DNA from: Cytophagales bacterium
GTDB taxonomy: Bacteria; Bacteroidota; Bacteroidia; Cytophagales; Thermoflexibacteraceae
Length of the DNA: 64,000 nucleotides
Direction of reading: 5' to 3'
Assembly (NCBI GenBank): GCA_013299115.1
Contig: JAAFKA010000014.1
Location: 64,001 to 128,000, forward strand
Within the stretch, counting starts at the first letter, position 1. Every line of letters begins with the position of its first letter. The position numbers and the translations under genes are program-made. The notes under the pieces are model-generated. The model saw only the letters and a program-made list of their open reading frames with translations. It did not search any database and had not been told where the DNA came from. Shown one piece after another: positions 47,955 through 58,086 of the stretch.

Positions 47955-50003
47955 ATGTTTCGTTTGGTCTTTTTGTTGGTACTTTCAACTTGTTTTGCAA
48001 ACAGCCTACATTCGCAAGAGGTGAAAAGTATGCAACCCAATTGGGCAATCAAACTGCCCTTAGATACGTTGCAAGCAAGATTTGATTTTTACCAAGCTCA
48101 ACATCGTGATTCTGCTTCGTTGTATGCTTTTGCCTTCCTCAAAGTGGCACAGACCCAAAAAAACGAGTTGCTTATGATACAGGCTTATCAGAACTTAGCT
48201 ACTTTTATGGAGATTACGGGCAAAAATGAGGAGGCAATTTTGTATAGCCAAAAAGGATTAGAAAAATTGGCAAATTTAAAAGGACAAGAGAAAAAAATAA
48301 TTGCTTTTTATTGCTTGTTGAGTATTGCTTATACCAAACAAGTATTGCCCAAACAAGCCATAAAATATGCTTATGAGGGTCATAATTTAGCAAAAAAAAT
48401 AAAAGACCCTGCAAGCATAGCCGAAACAGCCGAAATTATTGGCAATATTTATTATTTTACCTTAAAAGACTATGACAAAGCCATAGCTTTTTATACTATC
48501 ACAGCCGACTATCTTCTGAACTATGACTTCAAAAAAGCCGCAGGTGTTTCGAGCAACATAGGCAATAATTATTACCAAAAAAAAGATTACGACCAAGCCC
48601 TGAAATACTATCGCCAAAGTTTTAGAATAGCCAAAATGACCAATGATGCACAGGGTATGGGCTATTCGTCTGACAATATGGGGCTGGCTTATCGGCGGAA
48701 AAAGGATTTTCAAAAGGCTTATTACTACTTTTACGAGGGCTACCAATATCGCAAGGTGAATAACAATATTTACGAAGTAATCAATAGCCTCAACCATTTG
48801 GCACTGATAGAGGCACAGCTAAACAATTATGCCAAAGCGGAGGACTATGCAAAAGAAAATTTGCAGTTGAGCCAGACTACCAAAAACTACGACCTCATAG
48901 CCGAAGCCTTAGAAACCCTGAGCAAAATAACCGAACAGCAGAGCAAATGGGCAGTAGCTTTGAAGTGGCAGAAACAACTGTTGGCAGCCAAAGATTGTTT
49001 GGCTATTCAACAAAACACAGTGCAGTTGCACCAGTTAGCAGCCAATCACGATTTTATGCAGCAAATTAAAGAAAATGAATTGCTTAAAAAAGACAACAAA
49101 CTCCAAGAAGAAATTGTAAATGCCCAAAAACGGACTATTTGGGTCATTACACTTACAGGGTTTGCTATTTCGTTTTTGCTCTTGTTTATGTGGTATGCCA
49201 AGCAACGTGAAACACAAGCCAAACAAAATTTATTGCGTAAAAACTTAGAAATTGAGCAAAAAAACGGGCAAATAGAAAAAACAACGCAACTTTTATCTGA
49301 ACAAAATCAAGAGTTGGCACAGCTAACCGAAGTGCAAAACAAATTGTTCAACATCATTGGACACGACCTAAAAAATCCAATAGATAACTTGTCGGGGCTA
49401 TTGGATTTGACAGTGAGCAAAGATATTTCGCAAGAGGATTTTTGGATTTTAGCTGCTGATTTGAAAAAAAGCACCAGTAATGTAAAAAAATTATTAGACA
49501 ATTTATTGCTTTGGTCGCAAGCCCAAAAGAAAGGCAATGTGCTTGATATCAAAGAGTTAAACTTATATGAAATGGTAGAGGAAAAACAACAATTATTCAG
49601 TTTGCAACTTTCCCAAAAACAAATCACTTTGCTCAATCAAGTGCCACCAAAGCTGAAAGTATGGGCAGACGCAAATCATTTGCGTTTTATTTTGCGAAAC
49701 CTCCTTGCCAATGCCATTAAATTTACACACCCGCAAGGCACTGTAACCATAAAAGCCAAAAACCTTGCAAACGAAGTCGAAATTACTATTACAGACACAG
49801 GCGTGGGCATGAGTGCAAAACAGATTGAAAATATTTTGTACTTTTCTAAAAATATTTCGACCAAAGGCACGCAAGGCGAAAAAGGTACAGGTTTGGGGCT
49901 GTTGTTTTGCAAAGATTTTATAGAACTCAACGGAGGAAAATTAGCCATAACAAGTGAACTTAACAAAGGCACTACATTTTTGATAACTTTGCCAAGTATT
50001 TAG
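47955..50003 (+). CDS. Sensor histidine kinase with N-terminal TPR repeats
   Basis: 682 aa. Signal peptide, TPR units, one TM, H-box IIGHDLKNP, N-box LRNLLANAIKFT, G-boxes DTGVGM / GTGLGL. Confidence 0.8.
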   Translation: MFRLVFLLVLSTCFANSLHSQEVKSMQPNWAIKLPLDTLQARFDFYQAQHRDSASLYAFAFLKVAQTQKNELLMIQAYQNLATFMEITGKNEEAILYSQKGLEKLANLKGQEKKIIAFYCLLSIAYTKQVLPKQAIKYAYEGHNLAKKIKDPASIAETAEIIGNIYYFTLKDYDKAIAFYTITADYLLNYDFKKAAGVSSNIGNNYYQKKDYDQALKYYRQSFRIAKMTNDAQGMGYSSDNMGLAYRRKKDFQKAYYYFYEGYQYRKVNNNIYEVINSLNHLALIEAQLNNYAKAEDYAKENLQLSQTTKNYDLIAEALETLSKITEQQSKWAVALKWQKQLLAAKDCLAIQQNTVQLHQLAANHDFMQQIKENELLKKDNKLQEEIVNAQKRTIWVITLTGFAISFLLLFMWYAKQRETQAKQNLLRKNLEIEQKNGQIEKTTQLLSEQNQELAQLTEVQNKLFNIIGHDLKNPIDNLSGLLDLTVSKDISQEDFWILAADLKKSTSNVKKLLDNLLLWSQAQKKGNVLDIKELNLYEMVEEKQQLFSLQLSQKQITLLNQVPPKLKVWADANHLRFILRNLLANAIKFTHPQGTVTIKAKNLANEVEITITDTGVGMSAKQIENILYFSKNISTKGTQGEKGTGLGLLFCKDFIELNGGKLAITSELNKGTTFLITLPSI

Positions 50004-50076
50004 CATAAAGAATTTGTTTGATTACTCAGAATAACAAATTTAAAAGGTTTGTATCTAATTAGAACTACATCACAAG

Positions 50077-52077
50077 ATGCCCATTTTTCTTTATTGTTCC
50101 CTTGCCCTGCCCTTGCTTTGCTTTGCAGGTTTGTTGGTAGGCGAAAAATATTTGCAAACTCCTGTTATTCAGCGTATTGTGGTGGTGGCAAGTCTGCTTA
50201 CCCTATGCTGTTGGTTGCCTGTGGCGGGCGAGGTTTTGCTAACAAAACAAGTGTGGCAACAACCTTTTGTTTGGTTTTCAGTAGGAGATTTTGCGGTGCA
50301 TGGCTTTTGGTTTATAGACCAATTCAATGCGTGGCTTTTGTTGATAACAGCTTTGGTTTTTACTTTGGTGTGTTTCTATGCAGCCTATACAATGCAAACC
50401 GAAAAGCACCTCAACCGTTTTTTTGCGTTTTTATTTCTTTTTGTGAGTGCCATGTACGGGCTGTTGCTTACCGATAATTTGCTGGTCATTTATGTTTGTT
50501 GGGAGTTGGTAGGCTTGTGTTCCTATTTGCTCATTGGTTTTTGGTACGAAAAACCTTTGGCTGTGCAAGCTGCAAAAAAAGCATTTTTGCTCAACAGAAT
50601 AGGAGATTTGGGCTTTTTGGCTGCTCTATCGGGCGTATGGGCTGCGTGCCACACGTGGAGTTTGCAAACCATAGCCCAGCACTTTCCCAACGCAGTTGCC
50701 CTGCCTTATTGGGAATTTATTTGTTTTGGGTTGGTGGTGGCTGCCTGTGCAAAATCTGCCCAATTTCCTTTTTCTACGTGGTTGCCCGATGCCATGCAAG
50801 CCCCTACGCCTGTGTCTGCCTTGTTGCACGCAGCTACTATGGTGGTGGCAGGGGCGTATTTGCTCATCAGAATTGAATTTCTATTACCCATTTCTTTGCA
50901 TCATTTGGTTTTAGGCATAGGTGCAATTTCGGCTCTTTGGGCTACTTGGTGTGCTTGTCACCAAACCGAAATGAAACGGATTTTGGCTTTCTCTACCATT
51001 TCGCAAATAGGTTTGGTCTTTGTAGCCTTAGGTTTGGGTGCAGTGCAGGCGGCTTGGTTTCATTTGCTTACTCACGCATTTTTTAAGGCAAACTTATTTT
51101 TAATAGTGGGTTGGTTGGTTACAAATACCAAACAAAATAATTTATCCGACTTCTCAAGGGTGTCGGATAAATATTTTTTTGTTCCTTATTGCTTATCGGC
51201 AGCAGCTTTAATTGGTGTGCCTCTTACTTCGGGTTTCTTGTCAAAAGAGCAAATTTTATTGGCATTGTTCGCAAAACTTGCTACTACACCTACATTTTAT
51301 TTGGGTTTCATAGCTTTTTTGGTGGTTTGTACCCTTGTTCTCACCACTTTTTACACCTTGCGACAATTTTTTTTGCTATTTGGTCAGGAAGTTTACCCCC
51401 ACAAGGCAGGCTCGATTGTTTCTTACCCCACCCCCCACTCCTCCTCTTCTGGGAGGGGAGAAAATCTACCCCTTTGGGGTAAAAATGACCTCGAAGAGGT
51501 CAAAAATTCCCCTCCCAGAAGGGGTGGGGCAGGGGGTGGGGTTGTTTTGGTAATCAATAGTTTAGCTATAGGCACGTTGTTTTTGCCTTTTTCTCTCAAT
51601 CCTTTGGCTGCTCCTTATTTTGTAACTACACCAATAATCACTACCACCTTGCAATTATTTACGTTGTTCATTTCACTTTTTTGCATTGGTTTAGGTTCTT
51701 GGCTTGCCTACCAAAATAGGAAACCTTCCAATCTAAAAAAGAAACTTTTGCTTTGGACAGTGCAGTGGACAAACTTCGACAACAAGTATATAGAAAAAAC
51801 AGCTACTCAACTACTTTTTTCTCCTCGTCTTGCCTTGTTCGAGCAGCAAATAGTCCACCGCTTAACAGATTCCGTAGCCATTGCGGGTATTGTGCAAGCC
51901 CATGTGTTGGCGTGGGCAGACCGTCAGTTGTTAGACGGCGTGGTGCGTGGCGTGGTCTTGTTGTTAGGCAAAATAGCAACCAGCATAAGAAGTTTGCAAA
52001 ACGGCAACCTCCAACAGTCCATTGCTTGGGCTTTAGTGGGATTAATTTTATTAGGGACTGGGTTATTTTTTTTATAA
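50077..52077 (+). CDS. NuoL/ND5/MrpA-family proton-pumping subunit homologue, standalone, with two in-frame palindromic-element insertions
   Basis: 666 aa. The N-terminal 300 aa match NuoL (MYGLLLTDNLLVIYVCWELVGLCSYLLIGFWY, HAFFKANLFL). The conserved HHEQDIRKMGGL region is replaced by sequence encoded by a family C hairpin (51141-51171). A G/C-rich ~120-bp palindrome (51425-51545) adds about 40 codons. Confidence 0.65.
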   Translation: MPIFLYCSLALPLLCFAGLLVGEKYLQTPVIQRIVVVASLLTLCCWLPVAGEVLLTKQVWQQPFVWFSVGDFAVHGFWFIDQFNAWLLLITALVFTLVCFYAAYTMQTEKHLNRFFAFLFLFVSAMYGLLLTDNLLVIYVCWELVGLCSYLLIGFWYEKPLAVQAAKKAFLLNRIGDLGFLAALSGVWAACHTWSLQTIAQHFPNAVALPYWEFICFGLVVAACAKSAQFPFSTWLPDAMQAPTPVSALLHAATMVVAGAYLLIRIEFLLPISLHHLVLGIGAISALWATWCACHQTEMKRILAFSTISQIGLVFVALGLGAVQAAWFHLLTHAFFKANLFLIVGWLVTNTKQNNLSDFSRVSDKYFFVPYCLSAAALIGVPLTSGFLSKEQILLALFAKLATTPTFYLGFIAFLVVCTLVLTTFYTLRQFFLLFGQEVYPHKAGSIVSYPTPHSSSSGRGENLPLWGKNDLEEVKNSPPRRGGAGGGVVLVINSLAIGTLFLPFSLNPLAAPYFVTTPIITTTLQLFTLFISLFCIGLGSWLAYQNRKPSNLKKKLLLWTVQWTNFDNKYIEKTATQLLFSPRLALFEQQIVHRLTDSVAIAGIVQAHVLAWADRQLLDGVVRGVVLLLGKIATSIRSLQNGNLQQSIAWALVGLILLGTGLFFL

Positions 52078-52101
52078 TTGCAAACAGAGTAAGAGACTTA
52101 T

Positions 52102-52551
52102 TTATTTCTTCCTTTTCATTTCTTGCAACACCTCGCCTATTAATTGACTTTCGTAGCCTTTACTTAGCAAAAATTGGTAAATTTTCTGGCTATTGGTTTC
52201 CGTTTCGGCTTTTTTGGATGCTAACTGCATCAAGGTTTCATAATACAATTCATCGTTTATTTCAGCTAAGGCTTTGCGGATACAAGTTTCTGGAACTTCT
52301 TTTTGCTGCAATTCATAGCGAATTTTCAACTTGCCCCACTGTTTTACCCTAAATTTTCCTCCCGCAAAGGCAATGGCAAATCGTTGTTCGTTCAAAAAAT
52401 TTTCCTCTATCAATTTGGCTATGACCTCCTCTCTTTCATCTGCGGTCAGCTCGAAGGTTTGCAATTTTTCCCTTACTTCTGCATGGCATCTTTCTTGATA
52501 AGCACAAAAAGAAGCTAATTTTACGTAGGCTTGTTGAATAGTGTAAATCAT
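52102..52551 (-). CDS. recX: Regulatory protein RecX
   Basis: YQERCHAEVREKL ... three-helix repeat pattern of RecX. The start is set at MIYTIQQ because the upstream part of the ORF is encoded by a family A repeat half (52581-52615). Confidence 0.7.
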   Translation of the reverse strand: MIYTIQQAYVKLASFCAYQERCHAEVREKLQTFELTADEREEVIAKLIEENFLNEQRFAIAFAGGKFRVKQWGKLKIRYELQQKEVPETCIRKALAEINDELYYETLMQLASKKAETETNSQKIYQFLLSKGYESQLIGEVLQEMKRKK

Positions 52552-52861
52552 TGGTAAGCTGTTTAGGTGGCTTATTTTTATACGATTGTCAAGGTCTGCG
52601 ACCATTGCCAACGTATAAAAATAATCAATAAAAATAAATGTAAGATTTTTAGGAAATTTTTATTTTTTTTTATTCCTTGCAACAGAAATTTTTGAGGTTT
52701 TACCACAATTATTTCTTTTCATAGCTGGTTGAAAGAACTTGGGGACGTAGTTTTGTCCCCAAGTATGCTATGGCTGTTTTTGTATGTTGGCAAGGGTTTG
52801 GGCAACCTTAGCTTATATTTTTTGTCATTCTTCGCTACACTCAGAATGACAAAATACACTT

Positions 52862-53998
52862 TTATTTTGTGGCATCACTTACCATTTTCCACCTCGATAA
52901 GACCTTTCCTTTTTCGTCTATAAATTCTAAGATTGCCTCGCTGTTTTCGTAAAATCTCAATACGGCAAAACCTTTGCAGTTGGCTACAAACAAGGCTTTG
53001 TGCCGTTTGGGTACTGCCCTTAATTTGCTACCAGCCCCCGAAACTACAAAATATTGCTTATTTTTCTTGTGCAGTTGGAGGTTGTGGTCGTGTCCTGCCA
53101 CGTAGAGCAAAGGCACATTGCCAAAAGCACTTAACAAACCTTTGTGCAAGTTTTTGGCGTTGCGGTGCATGAGGTCGTGGCGACTTAGCCCCAATTTTCG
53201 GTAGCCCACATACAAAGAACCCAACACAGGCAAGGGCAACCACCAACGAGGATTGAAGTCGGTAAGGGGAAACAAGTGAGATTTCCACGTAAAATATTTG
53301 CTGTTGCTAATAATGGGGTGGTGGGCAGCCACCAAAATCCTTTTGTTTTGGTGTTGGGCAAGTTGGCATTGCAAATTGCTGAAAAACTCCGCTTTATTTT
53401 TGCTTGGGCAAGGACTTTGGTTGCCTTGTGGTTTTTCGTGTTCGTGAAACCACCATTCGGTGTCTAAGGGAACAACCACCAAACTGTCGTGCAGCAAAAG
53501 AGGTGCAGCATCAGGACAAGCCGAGTCGGGCAAAAAAGTGTTTCCTCTGCCGAGATATTTCTCTACATACTGCTCTTGTCGTTTGACTGCTGCCTGTCCA
53601 CCTTGCCGACTCATGTTCCAATCGTGGTTGCCCGCAATGAAAAGCACAGTGCCTTCATAGTTTTTCACTGTTTGCAGTTGCCTATTCAGGTAAGTTACAG
53701 CCTCTTGATAACTTGGGTGCAAGCTATCGGGCAAACCCGCAGGATAAATATTGTCGCCCAAAAACAACACTGCACTCTGTTTGCCACTGTTTTGCAATTC
53801 TTTTTGCAAGGTCTGCAAAGTAGGTTCATTGGCACTTGCTTTGCCTGCATCGCCTATCAAAAATACGCTGTAAACAGGTTTTTGGGTGGGTACAGACAAG
53901 GAAATGTTGCTTTTGCTGCGATACAATTTGCTCTGTTGGCAACTTGCTAACAGAAAGAAACTTGCAATGACAAGTAAAGAAGAAGAAAAATGAGGCAT
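52862..53998 (-). CDS. Calcineurin-like metallophosphoesterase lipoprotein
   Basis: GDAGK, GDNIY, AGNHDW and GHDHNLQ motifs. Lipobox start MPHFSSSLLVIASFFLLASC at 53998. Confidence 0.8.
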   Translation of the reverse strand: MPHFSSSLLVIASFFLLASCQQSKLYRSKSNISLSVPTQKPVYSVFLIGDAGKASANEPTLQTLQKELQNSGKQSAVLFLGDNIYPAGLPDSLHPSYQEAVTYLNRQLQTVKNYEGTVLFIAGNHDWNMSRQGGQAAVKRQEQYVEKYLGRGNTFLPDSACPDAAPLLLHDSLVVVPLDTEWWFHEHEKPQGNQSPCPSKNKAEFFSNLQCQLAQHQNKRILVAAHHPIISNSKYFTWKSHLFPLTDFNPRWWLPLPVLGSLYVGYRKLGLSRHDLMHRNAKNLHKGLLSAFGNVPLLYVAGHDHNLQLHKKNKQYFVVSGAGSKLRAVPKRHKALFVANCKGFAVLRFYENSEAILEFIDEKGKVLSRWKMVSDATK

Positions 53999-54179
53999 GG
54001 TTTCTGTATATCCGCCTTTAGGCAAATAGTTAGTTGTCAAAAATTATTTTAACCGCAAAGTACGCTAAGTTTTACGCAGTGTACACAAAGAAAAATGAGC
54101 TTTGGCGTGTTTTTATGCACAAAAAAGTCGTTAGCTTTTGCAGCCAACGACTTTTTGTTATCAGTGTAAACTTTACAGC

Positions 54180-54908
54180 TTATTTGCCACCAATAGGGAA
54201 ACCTAAACCAACTTGGAAACTAAATTGTGAGGTTGATAAACGTGGAGCATATTGCATTAATCTACCACCAGCATCTGCAAAACCACTACTACCTTGAAGT
54301 ACACCTGAGTTTTGCTGAATGTCATTCAAACCATGACGGTAACGAGCATCAAGAGTTAAGACTGCAAAACGCAAGTTGAAATCAACACCTACACCAGCTA
54401 ACAAGCCTAAATCTAAACTACTTGCAAGGTCGTTATTTATTTCTGAAAAACGACCTTTAAATTGTTGTTCGTGTGCATTGATATTGAATGAAGGACCTAC
54501 AAAAGCATAAGGCTCATAAACAGACAATACAGGCAATTTGAAATGCAACAATGGATTGATTTGGATGTTGTTCATAGTCCAGTCCATAGTGGTAGAGCCA
54601 GCAGAAAGATAACTTACTCTACTTGCACCACTTTGAGAGAAAGCAGCCTCCAAAGATACAGCTACCCAATCGTTAAAGCTGTATTTGGCAAACAAACCAG
54701 CTTGTAAACCTGGCGTAAAATCATTGGCTGCCCCGTTGTTTACTCTGATTCGGCTTACGTTCAGACCTGTACGTACACCTATCATAAATTTGCTTTTGCC
54801 TGTGCTGTCGGCTTTTGCTGCATCTTGTGCTTGAGCTGTGTTTACTCCCAAAAAGAATAGAGCAGCCAAAGCCACCATTAGACTAAATGTTTTAAGAATT
54901 TTTTTCAT
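54180..54908 (-). CDS. Outer-membrane beta-barrel protein (porin/OmpA-like barrel family)
   Basis: 242 aa with a signal peptide, alternating amphipathic beta-strands and a C-terminal aromatic residue. Confidence 0.65.
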   Translation of the reverse strand: MKKILKTFSLMVALAALFFLGVNTAQAQDAAKADSTGKSKFMIGVRTGLNVSRIRVNNGAANDFTPGLQAGLFAKYSFNDWVAVSLEAAFSQSGASRVSYLSAGSTTMDWTMNNIQINPLLHFKLPVLSVYEPYAFVGPSFNINAHEQQFKGRFSEINNDLASSLDLGLLAGVGVDFNLRFAVLTLDARYRHGLNDIQQNSGVLQGSSGFADAGGRLMQYAPRLSTSQFSFQVGLGFPIGGK

Positions 54909-55148
54909 GGATTGTAAGAGTTTTTCTTAGGTTTATTAATTCTAAATGCAAAATTAAGTATTAAAACGAGAATTTAAAAAAAAAAGGCAACAAAATAACT
55001 CCAAGAGTCATTTTGTATGTTACTTTCTTTGGTTTGCCGTAAAATTACAACTTTTTTTTAATTACAAAACCTCAAAAACAAAAATTTACAAAGTTTTTTT
55101 ATTTTGTTGGTCTAAAAGTCCAATTTAATAGGATTTGTAATCATTTAG

Positions 55149-55238
55149 GTACGTTGGCAATGGCTTAGGTAGCCCCGTCAAGACCTTGACAATCGTACCA
55201 CTATACGATTGTCAAGGTCTGCGACCATTGCCAACGTA
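55149..55238. repeat. Family A palindromic element
   Basis: tacgttggcaatggcttaggtagccccgtcaagaccttgacaatcgta ... tacgattgtcaaggtctgcgaccattgccaacgta. The right arm is identical to the 52581-52615 copy. Confidence 0.8.
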
Positions 55239-55284
55239 TAAACTTCAGCCGTTGTTTGTGTCCCCACAAACAAAATAATTTAAT

Positions 55285-55950
55285 TTACTTCTCCTCTGCC
55301 ACCAAACTCACATTGACCTTTACCAATTTGCCTTTTTTGTCTTTTTCTACTTTGTCTATTTTATATTTATACAAAGAAGTTTCGGAAACCTCTACGCTGA
55401 TGTCTTTGTTTTTAGACTCTTCGGGCAATGTTTTTTTCACATTGCTATAATCAGCATAAAAAATCACGTTGGTATTTGCCCCTGTGATTTGGAAAGTACA
55501 AGGCTTGTTGTCTTGAATACCCATAAACTCTATGGCTACGTGGTCTTCTACTACGCCTCTGAACACAAAAGTAACCTTGTTGTTGTTCTTTTCCAAATCT
55601 GTTACGTTAAAACGGTTTTCGTGCATATTGGTACAGTTGGTTACAGTAACCTCAAAATAGTCTGCATTGGGATAAATCGGAATGGTTTTGGTAATGCTGC
55701 CTGTGGTAAATCGAGGAGTTTTGGATATGTCCACCTTAAATTCTTGGCTGGTGTTGAGCAAAATATCGCCATTTTTGTCGTAATAGCGGATAAATGCCAC
55801 ATGGTATTGCCTATCACTGTTGAGAATGGCAATGGTAACAGTGGCTACTCTGTCGGTTTCTTGGGGTTTTTCGTCTTGGGCGTTGGCTTGCGTGCTTACG
55901 CCAACCCAAAGGCAGAGGGCAACCCAAAGTGAAGTGAATAAATTTTTCAT
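55285..55950 (-). CDS. Hypothetical secreted protein
   Basis: 221 aa with a signal peptide. No recognisable domain. Confidence 0.5.
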   Translation of the reverse strand: MKNLFTSLWVALCLWVGVSTQANAQDEKPQETDRVATVTIAILNSDRQYHVAFIRYYDKNGDILLNTSQEFKVDISKTPRFTTGSITKTIPIYPNADYFEVTVTNCTNMHENRFNVTDLEKNNNKVTFVFRGVVEDHVAIEFMGIQDNKPCTFQITGANTNVIFYADYSNVKKTLPEESKNKDISVEVSETSLYKYKIDKVEKDKKGKLVKVNVSLVAEEK

Positions 55951-56107
55951 GATTGCTTGAACAGTTATTAGTTAGCAGTTAGCAGTGGACAGTGAACAGT
56001 TACTTTTTTCACTGATAACTGATGACTGTTCACTGATAACTGTTTTTTTTATTTGCTATTATTGTGCCAATTTGTATATTTACTACCAACAACATAAACC
56101 AAACTAA

Positions 56108-57265
56108 ATGACTCCTCAAATTCAATCGAAACTACCCAAAGTAGGCACTACTATTTTTACTGTGATGTCGGGGTTAGCTGCTCATTATCAAGCAGTTAAT
56201 CTATCGCAAGGTTTTCCAGACTTTGCTTGTTCGCCTGAATTATTGGAGTTGGTAGCCCAAGCCCTACGCAATGGACAAAACCAATATGCTCCCATGATAG
56301 GCGTAGGTGTGTTGCGTGAGCAAATTGCTATCAAAACACAAAAACTTTACCACAAAACAGTCAATCCTGATACAGAAATTACGGTTACTTCGGGGGCTAC
56401 GGAGGCTTTGTTTGCTGCCATAGCTGCTGTGGTTCGCCAAGATGACGAGGTTATTATCTTCGAACCTGCTTACGATAGTTATTTACCTGCCATAGAACTC
56501 AACGGTGGCAAAGCTGTTCCTATTTCTTTGAAGGCAGAGGATTATAGCATAGATTGGCAGGCTGTTAAGAAAAGAGTGAACCATAGAACGAAGCTAATTA
56601 TTATCAATTCGCCACACAATCCGACGGGTAGTATTTTGCAAGCCACTGATATAGACGAATTGACAAGGTTGGTGCGTGATACCAATATTTTGCTCATTGG
56701 CGATGAAGTATATGAACACATTATCTTTGACAACCAAACTCACCAAAGTTTGTTGCTATACGAAGAATTGGCTACACGCAGTTTTGTGATTTCGTCTTTT
56801 GGCAAAACTTTTCACGTAACAGGCTGGAAAATAGGCTATTGCATAGCCCCGCCTACACTGACTACGGAGTTTCGCAAGGTACATCAGTACCTTACGTTTA
56901 GTTCGGCTACACCTTTGCAATATGCCATAGCTGCTTATCTCCAAAATCCTGAACATTATGTCAATTTGTCTGCTTTTTATGAGAAAAAACGCAACCAATT
57001 TGTAGAGTTAATCAAAGAAACAAGGTTTAAGATTTTGCCAACGGCAGGCACATATTTTCAACTACTTGATTATGAAAGCATTACACAAGAAGATGATACA
57101 GATTTTGCTATTAGACTAACCAAAGAATTTGGTGTAGCTGCTATTCCTATTTCGGTTTTTTATAGCCAAGATGACGAGGCAAAACACCGCAAAGTTCTCC
57201 GTTTTTGCTTTGCCAAAACAGATGAAACCTTAGCTTTGGCTGCCGAAAGACTGCAAAAAGTCTAA
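56108..57265 (+). CDS. PLP-dependent aminotransferase class I/II (methionine aminotransferase-like)
   Basis: 385 aa. NLSQGFPDF, SPHNPTG and SFGKTFHVTGWKIGY (PLP-Lys) motifs. Confidence 0.85.
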   Translation: MTPQIQSKLPKVGTTIFTVMSGLAAHYQAVNLSQGFPDFACSPELLELVAQALRNGQNQYAPMIGVGVLREQIAIKTQKLYHKTVNPDTEITVTSGATEALFAAIAAVVRQDDEVIIFEPAYDSYLPAIELNGGKAVPISLKAEDYSIDWQAVKKRVNHRTKLIIINSPHNPTGSILQATDIDELTRLVRDTNILLIGDEVYEHIIFDNQTHQSLLLYEELATRSFVISSFGKTFHVTGWKIGYCIAPPTLTTEFRKVHQYLTFSSATPLQYAIAAYLQNPEHYVNLSAFYEKKRNQFVELIKETRFKILPTAGTYFQLLDYESITQEDDTDFAIRLTKEFGVAAIPISVFYSQDDEAKHRKVLRFCFAKTDETLALAAERLQKV

Positions 57266-57304
57266 TAGTAAGTTGCTCTAAAATTTCATAAAAATTATAC
57301 ACAA

Positions 57305-57943
57305 ATGACACAAACCTTCAAAGAGGAAATAGCCAATGCAGTTACACATGGCATTCCTGCTCTGCTAAGTATCTGGGGAACTATTCTATTGGTGCAATAT
57401 GCCCAATTTCTTGGAAACACAAAACTTTTAATAGGTTTCCTAATTTATGGGGTTGGCATTTTTTTCTTGTTTACTGCTTCCACTTTGTATCATAGTGTGC
57501 AGGAAATAAACCTCAAAACCAAACTACGTGTATTCGACCATATTGGGATTTACCTCATGATAGCTGGCACTTATACGCCTTTGACTTTGGTTACTATTCA
57601 GAATATTTGGGGGACTGTATTATTAGTTGCTGTTTGGAGTATTGCTATTTTTGGCGTTGTCTTCAAGATATTTTTTACAGGCAAATATCCAAAACTTTCC
57701 TTAGCAAGTTATTTGGCTATGGGCTGGTTGGTGGTGTTAGGAGCAAAGCCCATGTTTGAGTTTGTAGAAACTAACGGTTTGTGGTTAATTTTGGCAGGAG
57801 GTATCAGTTTTACTATAGGCACTATCTTTTATAGGTGGCACAAACTGCCCTACCAGCACGCCATTTGGCACGTATTTGTGTTTATTGGTGGACTTTTTCA
57901 TTATTTTGCCATTCTGTATTATACCGTACCAATGAAAAAATAA
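57305..57943 (+). CDS. Hemolysin III / PAQR family membrane protein
   Basis: 212 aa with 7 TM helices. EEIANAVTHG and HYFAILYY are HlyIII signatures. Confidence 0.8.
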   Translation: MTQTFKEEIANAVTHGIPALLSIWGTILLVQYAQFLGNTKLLIGFLIYGVGIFFLFTASTLYHSVQEINLKTKLRVFDHIGIYLMIAGTYTPLTLVTIQNIWGTVLLVAVWSIAIFGVVFKIFFTGKYPKLSLASYLAMGWLVVLGAKPMFEFVETNGLWLILAGGISFTIGTIFYRWHKLPYQHAIWHVFVFIGGLFHYFAILYYTVPMKK

Positions 57944-58086
57944 AATGTGAATTGCAATAGTTTCATTTGATAAGGTTGTTTGCAATACTCCATAACTAAT
58001 TTAAAAACACCATTGTTAGTCTATATTTTGTAGTTTGTTACATTCTACTTATTTTGCAATAAATTACCAACTTTCAATCCCAGTCG

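Noticed and set aside
50049-50914. ORFs 50049..50477, 50496..50876 and 50626..50829 overlapping the nuoL-like gene
   Set aside because: They are alternative frames or antisense of a gene with clear NuoL homology, and have Cys/Arg-rich unnatural composition.
52552-52611. N-terminal extension of recX (MAMVADLDNRIKISHLNSLP)
   Set aside because: It is encoded by a family A repeat half (tacgattgtcaaggtctgcgaccattgccaacgta). The conserved RecX start is downstream.
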